Made by a program: the position numbers and the translations under genes. 31,269 nucleotides of DNA from a virus, in IMG/VR virus record IMGVR_UViG_3300045988_038873, positions 1 through 31,269 of that record. One strand, given 5' to 3'. This document shows, piece by piece, positions 23,768 through 31,269 of the stretch (its first letter is position 1; each line of letters begins with the position of its first letter). The notes under the pieces were generated by a model. It worked only from the letters and a program-made list of their open reading frames with translations, searched no databases and was not told where the DNA came from.

Positions 23768-24183
23768 CAGTATCAAAAGCGTTGATTCAATGGCTTTATG
23801 GCTATGGAAATATACAGATAGATGAACGTATTGAAACAGATGTTTTAGCGCAACAAGCTATCTCTTATGCGTTGTATAAAGAACCTAACGCAATTGTAAA
23901 TACATACATTGATGGTTCTCAAATGCGTACTGAATACTACACGTTTCTAGCACGTAGGAATACACAAATTGAATCAGAAAGACAAGATAACAATGTTTTT
24001 CTAGAAGAATTAGAAAATTGGATTGACGAAAAGAATTTAAGCGGAGAATTACCACAACTAGACGGAAACAGACATTGTGATGATGTTTCCGTTTCAAGTG
24101 GTTTATATCTATACACAAATGAGGATAATCAAGCAGTATATGCATTGACTATTCAAATTAAATACAGAAAGGAGCTTAATTAA
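23764..24183 (+). CDS. Tail terminator-like / minor structural protein (by position)
   Basis: The ATG follows AGGAGGTAGTGA and overlaps the upstream stop. Confidence 0.45.
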   Translation: MTVSKALIQWLYGYGNIQIDERIETDVLAQQAISYALYKEPNAIVNTYIDGSQMRTEYYTFLARRNTQIESERQDNNVFLEELENWIDEKNLSGELPQLDGNRHCDDVSVSSGLYLYTNEDNQAVYALTIQIKYRKELN

Positions 24184-24689
24184 TAGCAACTCAAGGAACT
24201 GAAGTAACTACAGGACAAACAGTCAAGAAGTATATGATTGGATTGTTCTTGCAAATGGGAGAAGGTTACAAGCGAATTAAAAAGTCTACAACTTTAGATA
24301 TTTCATTCAATAGTGAAACTGAAACGTATGACTTTATCGCAGATAAGAACCCAACAGAATCATTAAAGAGTTATTCACCTCAGATTTCGCAAGATTTAAC
24401 AATGATTAAAGGCGAAGATGATTTTGAATACATTTACGAACAAATGATGAAATCCGTACCAAACAACGAAGAAGTAAATACAAAAGCTTTACTTGTATTT
24501 ATGTTTGACGGAGACAAAACTAAAGGCTATAAAGCGTGGGAAGTTGACGCTAAATTAATTTTCGACACATTAAGTGGTGCTGATTCAAAAATCAACTTCA
24601 ACATTAACTTTGCAAGCGACATTCGTGTCGGTACTGCAAGGGTAGCAGATGGAGCAGTAACATTTACAGAAGGCACATCAGAAGTATAA
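24183..24689 (+). CDS. Major tail protein, apparent ATA start
   Basis: The ATA at 24183 lies 8 nt after AAAGGAG (24168-24174), two codons after an in-frame TAA. This restores ATQGTEVTTGQTVKKY. It lies upstream of the chaperone pair and the tape measure. Confidence 0.65.
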   Translation: MATQGTEVTTGQTVKKYMIGLFLQMGEGYKRIKKSTTLDISFNSETETYDFIADKNPTESLKSYSPQISQDLTMIKGEDDFEYIYEQMMKSVPNNEEVNTKALLVFMFDGDKTKGYKAWEVDAKLIFDTLSGADSKINFNINFASDIRVGTARVADGAVTFTEGTSEV

Positions 24690-24707
24690 AGAAAGAAGAG
24701 GTAAATC

Positions 24708-25070
24708 ATGAATAGAATCACGTATGAAGGGAAGCAGTATGAAATCCCACCTAAAACAATTGAAGTATTAAAAGCAGAGGACGCTTGTAACGCATTTCAC
24801 TCAACGCATGAAGAAGCATATCGAGCTAAATTCGACTATCTGAAAACAGTATTAACAGATGAACAAATTGAAAGCATGTTAGGAAGTGCAGACTTTGAAC
24901 AAGTTGATTTGATGGAAGTATTGTATATTGTCAATTTAATTGATGATGAATATTCAAAGAAAACGGTTGAACAGTTAGAAAAGAAATTAAAAACAACATT
25001 CGGAACAAATGGAATGAAGCAATTTCTTGACGCAAGCAAAACTGTTTCTAGCATTTCGGCGAAGAAATGA
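24708..25070 (+). CDS. Tail assembly chaperone (gpG position)
   Basis: The ATG follows AAGAGGTAAATC. Assigned by position upstream of the tape measure. Confidence 0.5.
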   Translation: MNRITYEGKQYEIPPKTIEVLKAEDACNAFHSTHEEAYRAKFDYLKTVLTDEQIESMLGSADFEQVDLMEVLYIVNLIDDEYSKKTVEQLEKKLKTTFGTNGMKQFLDASKTVSSISAKK

Positions 25071-25630
25071 TTGATTTACGCATAAAAGGCTTGCCAAATA
25101 GCATACAATCGCTAGATGGCGAGCCTATTTTATTAAATACAGACTTTCGGTTGTGGATAAGATTCTATGAAGAATTAGAACGATTCAACAATCATGTTGT
25201 TGATGAAGTAGACTGTTCTTATTTATTCGTAGATGAACCACCTATCATAGATGAGCATATTTTAAAAGAGTTAGAACGGTTCCTATATAACCCTTCTAGT
25301 ACGCCTAGAAGTGATTCTACAGGCGTTAAGACATTAGACTATGTGCAAGATGGGGAATATATTTATTCGGCTTTTATGCAACTTTACGGCATTGATTTAA
25401 CAGAATGCGATATGCATTGGCATAAGTTCCTAGCATTATCAAACAATATTGTAGGTGATTCAACTTTATGGGGATATGCAAAGAGTGTTAGAGGGTATGA
25501 AAAGCCTTCAAAGAATGATACACAGGATAAAGCATATCAAAGAGCAAAAGAAGCATGGTCTTTCCCAATCGAATTAACAATGGAGGAACAAGAAATGAAA
25601 GATGAATTCGATTCATATTTTGATGTTTAG
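25067..25630 (+). CDS. Gp15-like protein (gpT position)
   Basis: The ATG overlaps the upstream stop. The LLNTDFRLWIRFYEEL motif resembles the Phage_Gp15 family. Confidence 0.5.
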   Translation: MIDLRIKGLPNSIQSLDGEPILLNTDFRLWIRFYEELERFNNHVVDEVDCSYLFVDEPPIIDEHILKELERFLYNPSSTPRSDSTGVKTLDYVQDGEYIYSAFMQLYGIDLTECDMHWHKFLALSNNIVGDSTLWGYAKSVRGYEKPSKNDTQDKAYQRAKEAWSFPIELTMEEQEMKDEFDSYFDV

Positions 25631-25650
25631 AAAAGGAGGTGGCAAATTGA

Positions 25651-28230
25651 ATATCGGACGGAACATTAAAGTTTGATACAAAGATTGATACAAGTGGTCT
25701 AGAGAATGGAATGAAATCCGTTCATGAAGTTACAAGTGGAGCTACAAATGCTATCAAAGAAACTTCAAAAGCAATCGACAAGTTAGGTTCTGATGGTTCA
25801 AAAGCACCACCGAAGATTAAAGAAAAACTTAAAGATTTAAATGATGAGCAAAAGAATACACAGACAGAAACGCAAGAAACAGGTTCAAAGTTTGATGTAT
25901 TTAAAAAGGTTGGAAACAGTGCCTTAGAATCAATTCAAGGCGGATTTGATGGACTATTAGGAAAGATTCAGAATATTAGTCCGGAAGCTACTGCAATCAC
26001 TGAAACTTTAACAGGATTAGGCGTTGGAGGTGTTGCAGGCGTTACTGCCGTAGCAGGAGCTATCGGTGGTATGGCATTAGCAATTAAAACAGGTGTTAAC
26101 CAAGCTACAGAACTAGATGACGCTATGGCTAAATTTCAAGCTCAAACAGGTGCTTCAAGCAATGAAATGAGCAAATTTAAAAACATTGCTCGTGATGTTT
26201 GGTCAAACAATTTCGGTGAAGATGTTTCAGATGTTGCCGATATGATGGGCAGAGTCAAGCAACAAATGCAAGGCATAAGTGACGTTGACCTAAAGAACGT
26301 GACCGAGGATTTATTAACTTTAAGAGATACATTCGATATGGATGAGAATGAAACTCTTAGAGGTGCTCAACAATTAATGAAGCAGTTCGGAATCACTTCT
26401 CAAGAAGCTTTCGACCTTATGGCTACAGGTGCTCAGAATGGTTTAAACAAATCAGATGAGTTGGGCGATAACATTTCAGAATACTCCGGTAAATTCGCAC
26501 AAGCAGGATATTCGGCAGATGAATATTTCCAATTAATGCAGAATGGATTAGATGGTGGAGCATATAACCTTGATAAAGTAAATGACGCAATCAACGAAGT
26601 TACCACAAGGTTAGTTGATGGAACTATTGAAGGAGCTTTAGATAGTTTTGATACCAAAACACAAGATGTATTTAAGGCATGGCAAGAAGGAAGAGCAACT
26701 CAAAAAGATGTTGTGAATGCGATTGTAGAAGATATTTCAAAGACTACAAATGAACAAGAAAAGTTGAATAAAGCAAGTATTGCATTCGGCACAATGGGAG
26801 AAGATTTCAACTCCGGATTCATTCAGTCCTTAACAACAGTAGGGAACAAATATAAAGATGTAGAAGGAGCAATGGATAAAGTCAAAGAAATTGCAAATGG
26901 TGGCTTAAAGAATGCTTTAAGTGGCTTAGGACGTGCATTTCTTGATTCATTTACTCCAATAGGCGAACTTATTACCCCTATTCTTGCAGGTATCATCGGA
27001 TTGATTACAGTAGCTATACAAGGTATTCAACAAGGATTTGCTAAAGTTGGTGATGTAATTTCAAGTGTGTTAAGCAAGATTGATACAAGTGGAATTACAG
27101 AATTGACAAGTCAAGTTTCAGAGGTGTTAGCTCCTGCTTTTGATGAGGTCAGAAAAGCGATTGACGAAATGAAAGTTGCTCTTGAACCTATTGCAAAAGA
27201 AATCTTAGGTAAAATTGGTAACGCAATTCAAAATGTAGTAAACCAAGCTCAAAAGATTCTTAGCGTAGTAGGACCACCGATTCTAGCAATCATCAAGAAT
27301 ATTATCCAAACAGTTGTCGGTATGATTCCTGTAATAACATCTATCCTTCAAGTTGTTGGAAGTGTAGTAAGTGGAATCATTTCATTTATAAATATGGTTG
27401 TAACGTATGTTGGGACTGCGATTGCGACAATACTAGGATTTATCATGCCTATTGTTCAAATTGTAGCTACAATTGTAGCGAATATTTGGTCTGTAATATT
27501 AACGGTTGCTCAGAATATTTGGAGCAAAGTTAGCGAAGTAGTTACTGCTATTATTGGATTTGTAAGCAATTTGTTTAAAACAGTTTCGGACATCATAAAC
27601 AATATTTGGAGTAAGATTCAAGATTCCATGAACAAGGTAAGAGACAAGGTTCAAGGCGTTATTGATAATATTAATAAATATTTCAATAATGTTAAGAGTA
27701 CTGTTTCTGATGTATTCAATGGCATTTGGTCTAAGGTTCAAGGTGTAATGGACAATGTGGGAAATAAAATTTCAAATGTTTTACAAGGAATACAGAATGC
27801 ATGGAACGGTTTAAAAGGGTTTGTAGGTGGTGTATTCGGTGGAATTGAAGGAGCAGTAGGTTCATTAGTCTCTAGTGTAAAAGGAATGGTAAATGGTGTT
27901 ATCGGTGGCATTAACGGTGCAATAAGTATCATCAACAAGATTCCCGGAGTTCACATTGGAAGAATCCCTAGGCTAGAGCGTGGTGGTGTATTAAAACGTG
28001 GACAAATCGGTTTATTGGAAGGTAACGGAGCAGAAGCAGTCGTACCATTAGAAAAAAATAAAGCATGGATTCGTGCCGTAGCTAAAGATATGGCTCAAAT
28101 CATGCCTAGCGTTACGACAAATAACAATGGACAGACTATCAACTTCTACAATAAAGCGCAAAGTCCGGATGAAATTGCTAGAATGTTACGTATGCAAGCA
28201 AGATATGGATATGGAGGTGTAGTTCAATAG
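25651..28230 (+). CDS. Tape measure protein, apparent ATA start
   Basis: The ATA at 25651 is the first codon after an in-frame TGA, 11 nt after AGGAGG (25634-25639). This restores SDGTLKFDTKIDTSGLENG. The protein is long and helical, with G/A/I/V-rich repeats. Confidence 0.8.
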   Translation: MSDGTLKFDTKIDTSGLENGMKSVHEVTSGATNAIKETSKAIDKLGSDGSKAPPKIKEKLKDLNDEQKNTQTETQETGSKFDVFKKVGNSALESIQGGFDGLLGKIQNISPEATAITETLTGLGVGGVAGVTAVAGAIGGMALAIKTGVNQATELDDAMAKFQAQTGASSNEMSKFKNIARDVWSNNFGEDVSDVADMMGRVKQQMQGISDVDLKNVTEDLLTLRDTFDMDENETLRGAQQLMKQFGITSQEAFDLMATGAQNGLNKSDELGDNISEYSGKFAQAGYSADEYFQLMQNGLDGGAYNLDKVNDAINEVTTRLVDGTIEGALDSFDTKTQDVFKAWQEGRATQKDVVNAIVEDISKTTNEQEKLNKASIAFGTMGEDFNSGFIQSLTTVGNKYKDVEGAMDKVKEIANGGLKNALSGLGRAFLDSFTPIGELITPILAGIIGLITVAIQGIQQGFAKVGDVISSVLSKIDTSGITELTSQVSEVLAPAFDEVRKAIDEMKVALEPIAKEILGKIGNAIQNVVNQAQKILSVVGPPILAIIKNIIQTVVGMIPVITSILQVVGSVVSGIISFINMVVTYVGTAIATILGFIMPIVQIVATIVANIWSVILTVAQNIWSKVSEVVTAIIGFVSNLFKTVSDIINNIWSKIQDSMNKVRDKVQGVIDNINKYFNNVKSTVSDVFNGIWSKVQGVMDNVGNKISNVLQGIQNAWNGLKGFVGGVFGGIEGAVGSLVSSVKGMVNGVIGGINGAISIINKIPGVHIGRIPRLERGGVLKRGQIGLLEGNGAEAVVPLEKNKAWIRAVAKDMAQIMPSVTTNNNGQTINFYNKAQSPDEIARMLRMQARYGYGGVVQ

Positions 28231-29096
28231 ATATCAATAAAGTAAGAGTTATTGTCCGTAGGGATGATGGCAAAGAATTTGAAATCGACAACAAAAGATG
28301 GAGAATACCATCTAGTGATGGTTTAGATGGATTTGATTATGTAGCACCTTCATATACGACTCAAGACAATGCATTCGGAAATGGTGCTAGATTAATCGGT
28401 TCACGTATTCCAACGAAAGAAAGAAGCGTGAAAGCTACATTTAAAGGTTCACTTGAAGAAAAAAGAGAAGAAAGGGAGAAGCTACGACGCTTCTTCCAAT
28501 ATTCTCATATATTTGACGTTATAGTTGAGTATATGGGAGAAAAGAAATATTGCAGAGGAAGGTTATACGCATATAGCTTGCCTACTGTTAACATCTACAA
28601 AGATTTAGAGCTTAACTTTACAATTCTATGCACACAACCTTTGTTGCTTTCATTTGATGATTTCGCAAGGAATATAGCAGAAATTGGTGAAGGTTTAGCG
28701 TTCAATTTTGAAATACCGGAAACAGGCGTAAACTTTGGAACATTTACATTCGCTAGAGAAATCTATATTGATAATCAAGGCGATACAGAAACATACTGTA
28801 GAGCCGTTATTGAAGCATTCGGAGAGGTAACAAATCCGAAACTATTCAATAAAGATAAATATATTCGTGTATTAGATACGCTACACAATGGCGATGTATT
28901 AGAAATTGATTTAGTTTCTGAGCCTATTTCGATTAAAAAAAATGGCGTGAATTGTATTGGGAAAGTTGACAGAACCTCATCATTCAATGATATGACTATT
29001 CAATTAGGTGAGAATATCATAGGATATACGGCAGACAATGGAGATACGAATCTAGCTTGCACAGTTTACTACAATGAAAGGTATTTAGGTATATAG
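28227..29096 (+). CDS. Distal tail protein (Dit), apparent ATA start
   Basis: The ATA at 28227 overlaps the tape-measure stop (ATAG), 9 nt after GGAGG (28213-28217). This adds 67 aa (DINKVRVIVRRDDGKEFEI..GLDGFDY..). The track start (GTG 28428) leaves a 197-nt gap. Confidence 0.65.
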   Translation: MDINKVRVIVRRDDGKEFEIDNKRWRIPSSDGLDGFDYVAPSYTTQDNAFGNGARLIGSRIPTKERSVKATFKGSLEEKREEREKLRRFFQYSHIFDVIVEYMGEKKYCRGRLYAYSLPTVNIYKDLELNFTILCTQPLLLSFDDFARNIAEIGEGLAFNFEIPETGVNFGTFTFAREIYIDNQGDTETYCRAVIEAFGEVTNPKLFNKDKYIRVLDTLHNGDVLEIDLVSEPISIKKNGVNCIGKVDRTSSFNDMTIQLGENIIGYTADNGDTNLACTVYYNERYLGI

Positions 29097-29097
29097 T

Positions 29098-30111
29098 ATG
29101 TCTTATTTCGGATTAGATAAAGATTTCAATATCGTTACACATTTAGCACCTTATAACGTACAGTGGAATAGGCGATATTATGAAACAGGAGATTTCGAGA
29201 TTTATATTGATATAGGGCAGTATTCAAGCGATATTAAATATATTTATTCGACTGATGATAAAGAGCTAGGAATCGTAGAAATACCGCATTATTCCGTTTC
29301 AAACAACACGAAACAAATGTTGCTAAAAGGCTCTTTCTTTGAAAAGATTCTAGCAGATGATTGTATTTATCCTACGTTCTCAAGCAGTGGAAAAATTGTT
29401 GATGTAGTAAAAAAGCTATTAGACAAGTATTGCTCATGGAAAATGGGATATAGATATGATGAATCCATTACCGATAGAGTAGATTTTCAAGAAACAGGAG
29501 CAAACCTTGACGAGAAGCTTTATGAGTTGTTATATCCGTTAGAATTGTCTTTCCGCATAGAATATGACTATGTGTCAAGTACGTTCACATTCGTGTTGTA
29601 TCGTGGTCGTGACTTGACTCAGAACAATGCAGATGGAAACAACTTTGTTACATTCTCTACAGAGTTTGGAAACATTGAAGAACCGGACGTTATGATTGAT
29701 TCTAGTAAATACAAGAACTATGCGATTATTTGTGGTGAAGGACAGTCAGAAGAGCGTATTTATGTAGAATATGACGCTAGAATAGATAAGAATGAAAGAA
29801 TTAAAAAATTGTTCGTAGACGCACGTTCTGAGCGTATGGGGGACGATGTGACACTTGATGAATATAAAAAGGTACTTATTCAGAAAGGAATTGAAAAACT
29901 AGCAGATTGTCAAATTCAAGAAAATGTGAATTTCGGATTGAATACTGATTCATACGAATACAAAGTTGATTTTGATTTAGGTGATAAAGTTGATGTTATA
30001 GTAGCAGATATTGGACTAGTAATGACTGCGAGAATTAGAAATATATTTGAAGTCATTAAAAGTGGATATAGAACCTTAGAATTAGAGGTTGATAATTTAA
30101 AAATCATGTAA
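29098..30111 (+). CDS. Tail-associated protein (siphovirus Gp37-like / Tal N-terminal domain)
   Basis: N-terminal pattern YNVQWNRRYYETGDFEIY. Assigned by that pattern and by position after Dit. Confidence 0.6.
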   Translation: MSYFGLDKDFNIVTHLAPYNVQWNRRYYETGDFEIYIDIGQYSSDIKYIYSTDDKELGIVEIPHYSVSNNTKQMLLKGSFFEKILADDCIYPTFSSSGKIVDVVKKLLDKYCSWKMGYRYDESITDRVDFQETGANLDEKLYELLYPLELSFRIEYDYVSSTFTFVLYRGRDLTQNNADGNNFVTFSTEFGNIEEPDVMIDSSKYKNYAIICGEGQSEERIYVEYDARIDKNERIKKLFVDARSERMGDDVTLDEYKKVLIQKGIEKLADCQIQENVNFGLNTDSYEYKVDFDLGDKVDVIVADIGLVMTARIRNIFEVIKSGYRTLELEVDNLKIM

Positions 30112-30123
30112 GGAGTGAATTTA

Positions 30124-30630
30124 ATAGAAAAGAAAAATGGAGGATTTAAACAAATAGCAAGAAGTATGTTTTTTCTAGATAAGATTAATGCAATGTGTGG
30201 CGTAGCCGTAGCTGTATTAACATACGTATTAGGTGAGCATTGGTATTTATTTGCATTCTTCTTATTTATGAATGTAGTGGATTATATTACAGGGTGCATG
30301 AAGTCGGCAATCAATCACAAAATCAATAGCAATAAAGGATGGATTGGAGTTCTAAAAAAACTAAGCTATTGGATTATGATTGTAGTTGCGTTCACATTCA
30401 GTGCATTTCTAGTGGAAGTAGGAAAAATTCTAGGAATTGATTTTCACGTGTCTACATTGTTAGGTTGGTTTGTGTTAGCTTCGCTATGTATTAATGAATC
30501 TCGTAGTGTTATGGAGAATTTATTACAATGTGGTTACAAAGTACCAAAAGCATTAACTAAAGGATTAGAAGTAGCAGATAAACTCATTAACGAAGAACAA
30601 GACAATGACGAATCAAGTACCTTGGAATAA
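30124..30630 (+). CDS. Holin (phage_holin_4 / LL-H, TcdE-like). Start ATA 30124 favoured; alternatives are 30115 GTG, 30154 ATA and 30166 ATG.
   Basis: It has TM helices and the motif MNVVDYITGCMKSA..NSNKGWIGVLKKLSYW. AAGGAG (30110-30115) lies 8 nt before ATA 30124. A second GGAGG (30139-30143) lies 10 nt before ATA 30154. Confidence 0.7.
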   Translation: MEKKNGGFKQIARSMFFLDKINAMCGVAVAVLTYVLGEHWYLFAFFLFMNVVDYITGCMKSAINHKINSNKGWIGVLKKLSYWIMIVVAFTFSAFLVEVGKILGIDFHVSTLLGWFVLASLCINESRSVMENLLQCGYKVPKALTKGLEVADKLINEEQDNDESSTLE

Positions 30631-30871
30631 GATTATTCTTGAAGAATTTATTAATCTAGCTTTATTAACTAAAGATGAAGAAATGATTCTAAGAACAAGA
30701 ATATACGGATGGACAGTTAGAGAGCAAGCCGATAGATTGAATATGAGTGTTTCTAGTGTGAATAGAATCATTAAAAGGATTAAGAACAAGTATGATGAAG
30801 TAGAGAAGTATAGCGCAGTCCTACCACCAAGAAAAAGCAGTGAAAAAGAAATGTATCTAGATAAGAATTAA
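30605..30871 (+). CDS. Small sigma-70 region-4-like HTH protein
   Basis: LTKDEEMILRTRIYGWTVREQADRLNMSVSSVNRIIKRIKNKY resembles sigma region 4 / LuxR-type HTH. It overlaps the holin 3' end by 26 nt. Confidence 0.5.
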   Translation: MTNQVPWNKIILEEFINLALLTKDEEMILRTRIYGWTVREQADRLNMSVSSVNRIIKRIKNKYDEVEKYSAVLPPRKSSEKEMYLDKN

Positions 30872-30895
30872 GAGGTTGAAAAGCCTCTTTTTTTT
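30871..30895 (+). terminator. Rho-independent terminator
   Basis: AGAGGTT-GAAA-AGCCTCT followed by TTTTTTT. Confidence 0.75.
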
Positions 30896-30973
30896 GACAT
30901 TTATCTGATATTAATGTGAAAACAAACTGAGACTGCCTATGAATATAATTAGGAGTGTAAAGAGGTGAGTAAA

Positions 30974-31210
30974 ATGTATAATCCAATCAATGACAGAATT
31001 AATAATTTAATGAATCAAAAGCAGATGATTGAATCGCAGTTACAAAACATTCAACAGTTAGCAAATATTCCACCTATTAACATCAATAACCAAATTACAC
31101 CTAATATGGCATTGAATGATTTTAATGGAAAATGGGTCAATAATGAACAAGAAGCAAGGAATATGATGGTGAATGGTTATAAATGTCAACTTAAAAATGT
31201 ACAGTTTTGA
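30974..31210 (+). CDS. Hypothetical N/Q-rich small protein
   Basis: The ATG at 30974 follows AGAGGTGAGTAAA. No family recognised. Confidence 0.45.
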   Translation: MYNPINDRINNLMNQKQMIESQLQNIQQLANIPPININNQITPNMALNDFNGKWVNNEQEARNMMVNGYKCQLKNVQF

Positions 31211-31269
31211 TCATTTAAGAATGTACAATATTGACCACATCAATACCTTTTGTAGTAGACGGTAAAGAT

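Larger units (their letters stand above)
482..31269. mobile_element. Integrated temperate siphovirus-type prophage. The left boundary lies somewhere in 482-617 and the right end is beyond the window.
   Basis: Contiguous integrase, repressor, recombination/replication, terminase, portal, capsid, tail and holin gene order, nearly all on the + strand. No matching att repeat was found at the right edge of the window. Confidence 0.85.

Noticed and set aside
25040-25075. Programmed -1 frameshift joining the two tail chaperone ORFs (gpG/gpGT type)
   Set aside because: There is no X XXY YYZ slippery heptamer near the end of 24708-25070. The second ORF has its own ATG overlapping the stop (ATGA), so separate, coupled translation is sufficient.
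14743-28428. ORF-track TTG/GTG/ATG starts for portal (14743), fibres (16122, 17532), capsid (21693), gp10-like (23333), major tail (24234), TMP (25711) and Dit (28428)
   Set aside because: They lack Shine-Dalgarno sites at a proper distance. They leave orphan strong SDs and long gaps (or, for 23333, a 76-nt overlap). They also cut off N-terminal segments that read as genuine protein sequence. The ATA starts explain all of these at once.
31211-31269. attR or prophage right end within the last 300 bp
   Set aside because: There is no repeat of the 482-563 left-junction sequence, and no endolysin has been encountered yet. The prophage most likely continues beyond the window.

Overview
AT-rich window that is almost entirely one integrated siphovirus-type temperate phage of a low-GC Firmicute. 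The left junction lies at about 456-617 and the right end is not reached. Order of modules: (1) a flanking gene plus terminator; (2) a lysogeny module with a tyrosine integrase, a secreted moron protein and a short XRE/cI-like repressor on the minus strand, and a divergent promoter/operator region; (3) an early module with ERF recombinase, NinB-like, RusA-like, replisome organizer with internal iterons, dimeric dUTPase, SSB and an ArpU-like late regulator; (4) a stand-alone tRNA-like gene; (5) a ParB-like/DpdA-like/QueT-like 7-deazaguanine module; (6) terS, terL and portal; (7) a displaced tail-fibre/RBP/XkdX cassette; (8) MuF-like protein, scaffold, major capsid, connectors, major tail, chaperones, tape measure, Dit and a Gp37-like tail protein; (9) a holin, a small sigma-region-4-like protein and one more small gene.

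Main result: the tRNA-like gene at 10758-10833 looks like a bacterial initiator tRNA (1:72 mismatch, G2:C71, C3:G70, A11:T24, A73, encoded CCA), but its anticodon is TAT instead of CAT. At least ten phage genes appear to start at ATA codons placed at canonical distance behind strong Shine-Dalgarno sites. These include the major capsid, portal, major tail, tape measure, Dit, two fibre proteins, RusA-like and QueT-like genes. I interpret this as a phage-encoded, AUA-reading initiator tRNA coupled to AUA-initiated phage genes.

All family assignments come from motif recognition by eye. No searches, folding or statistics were run.
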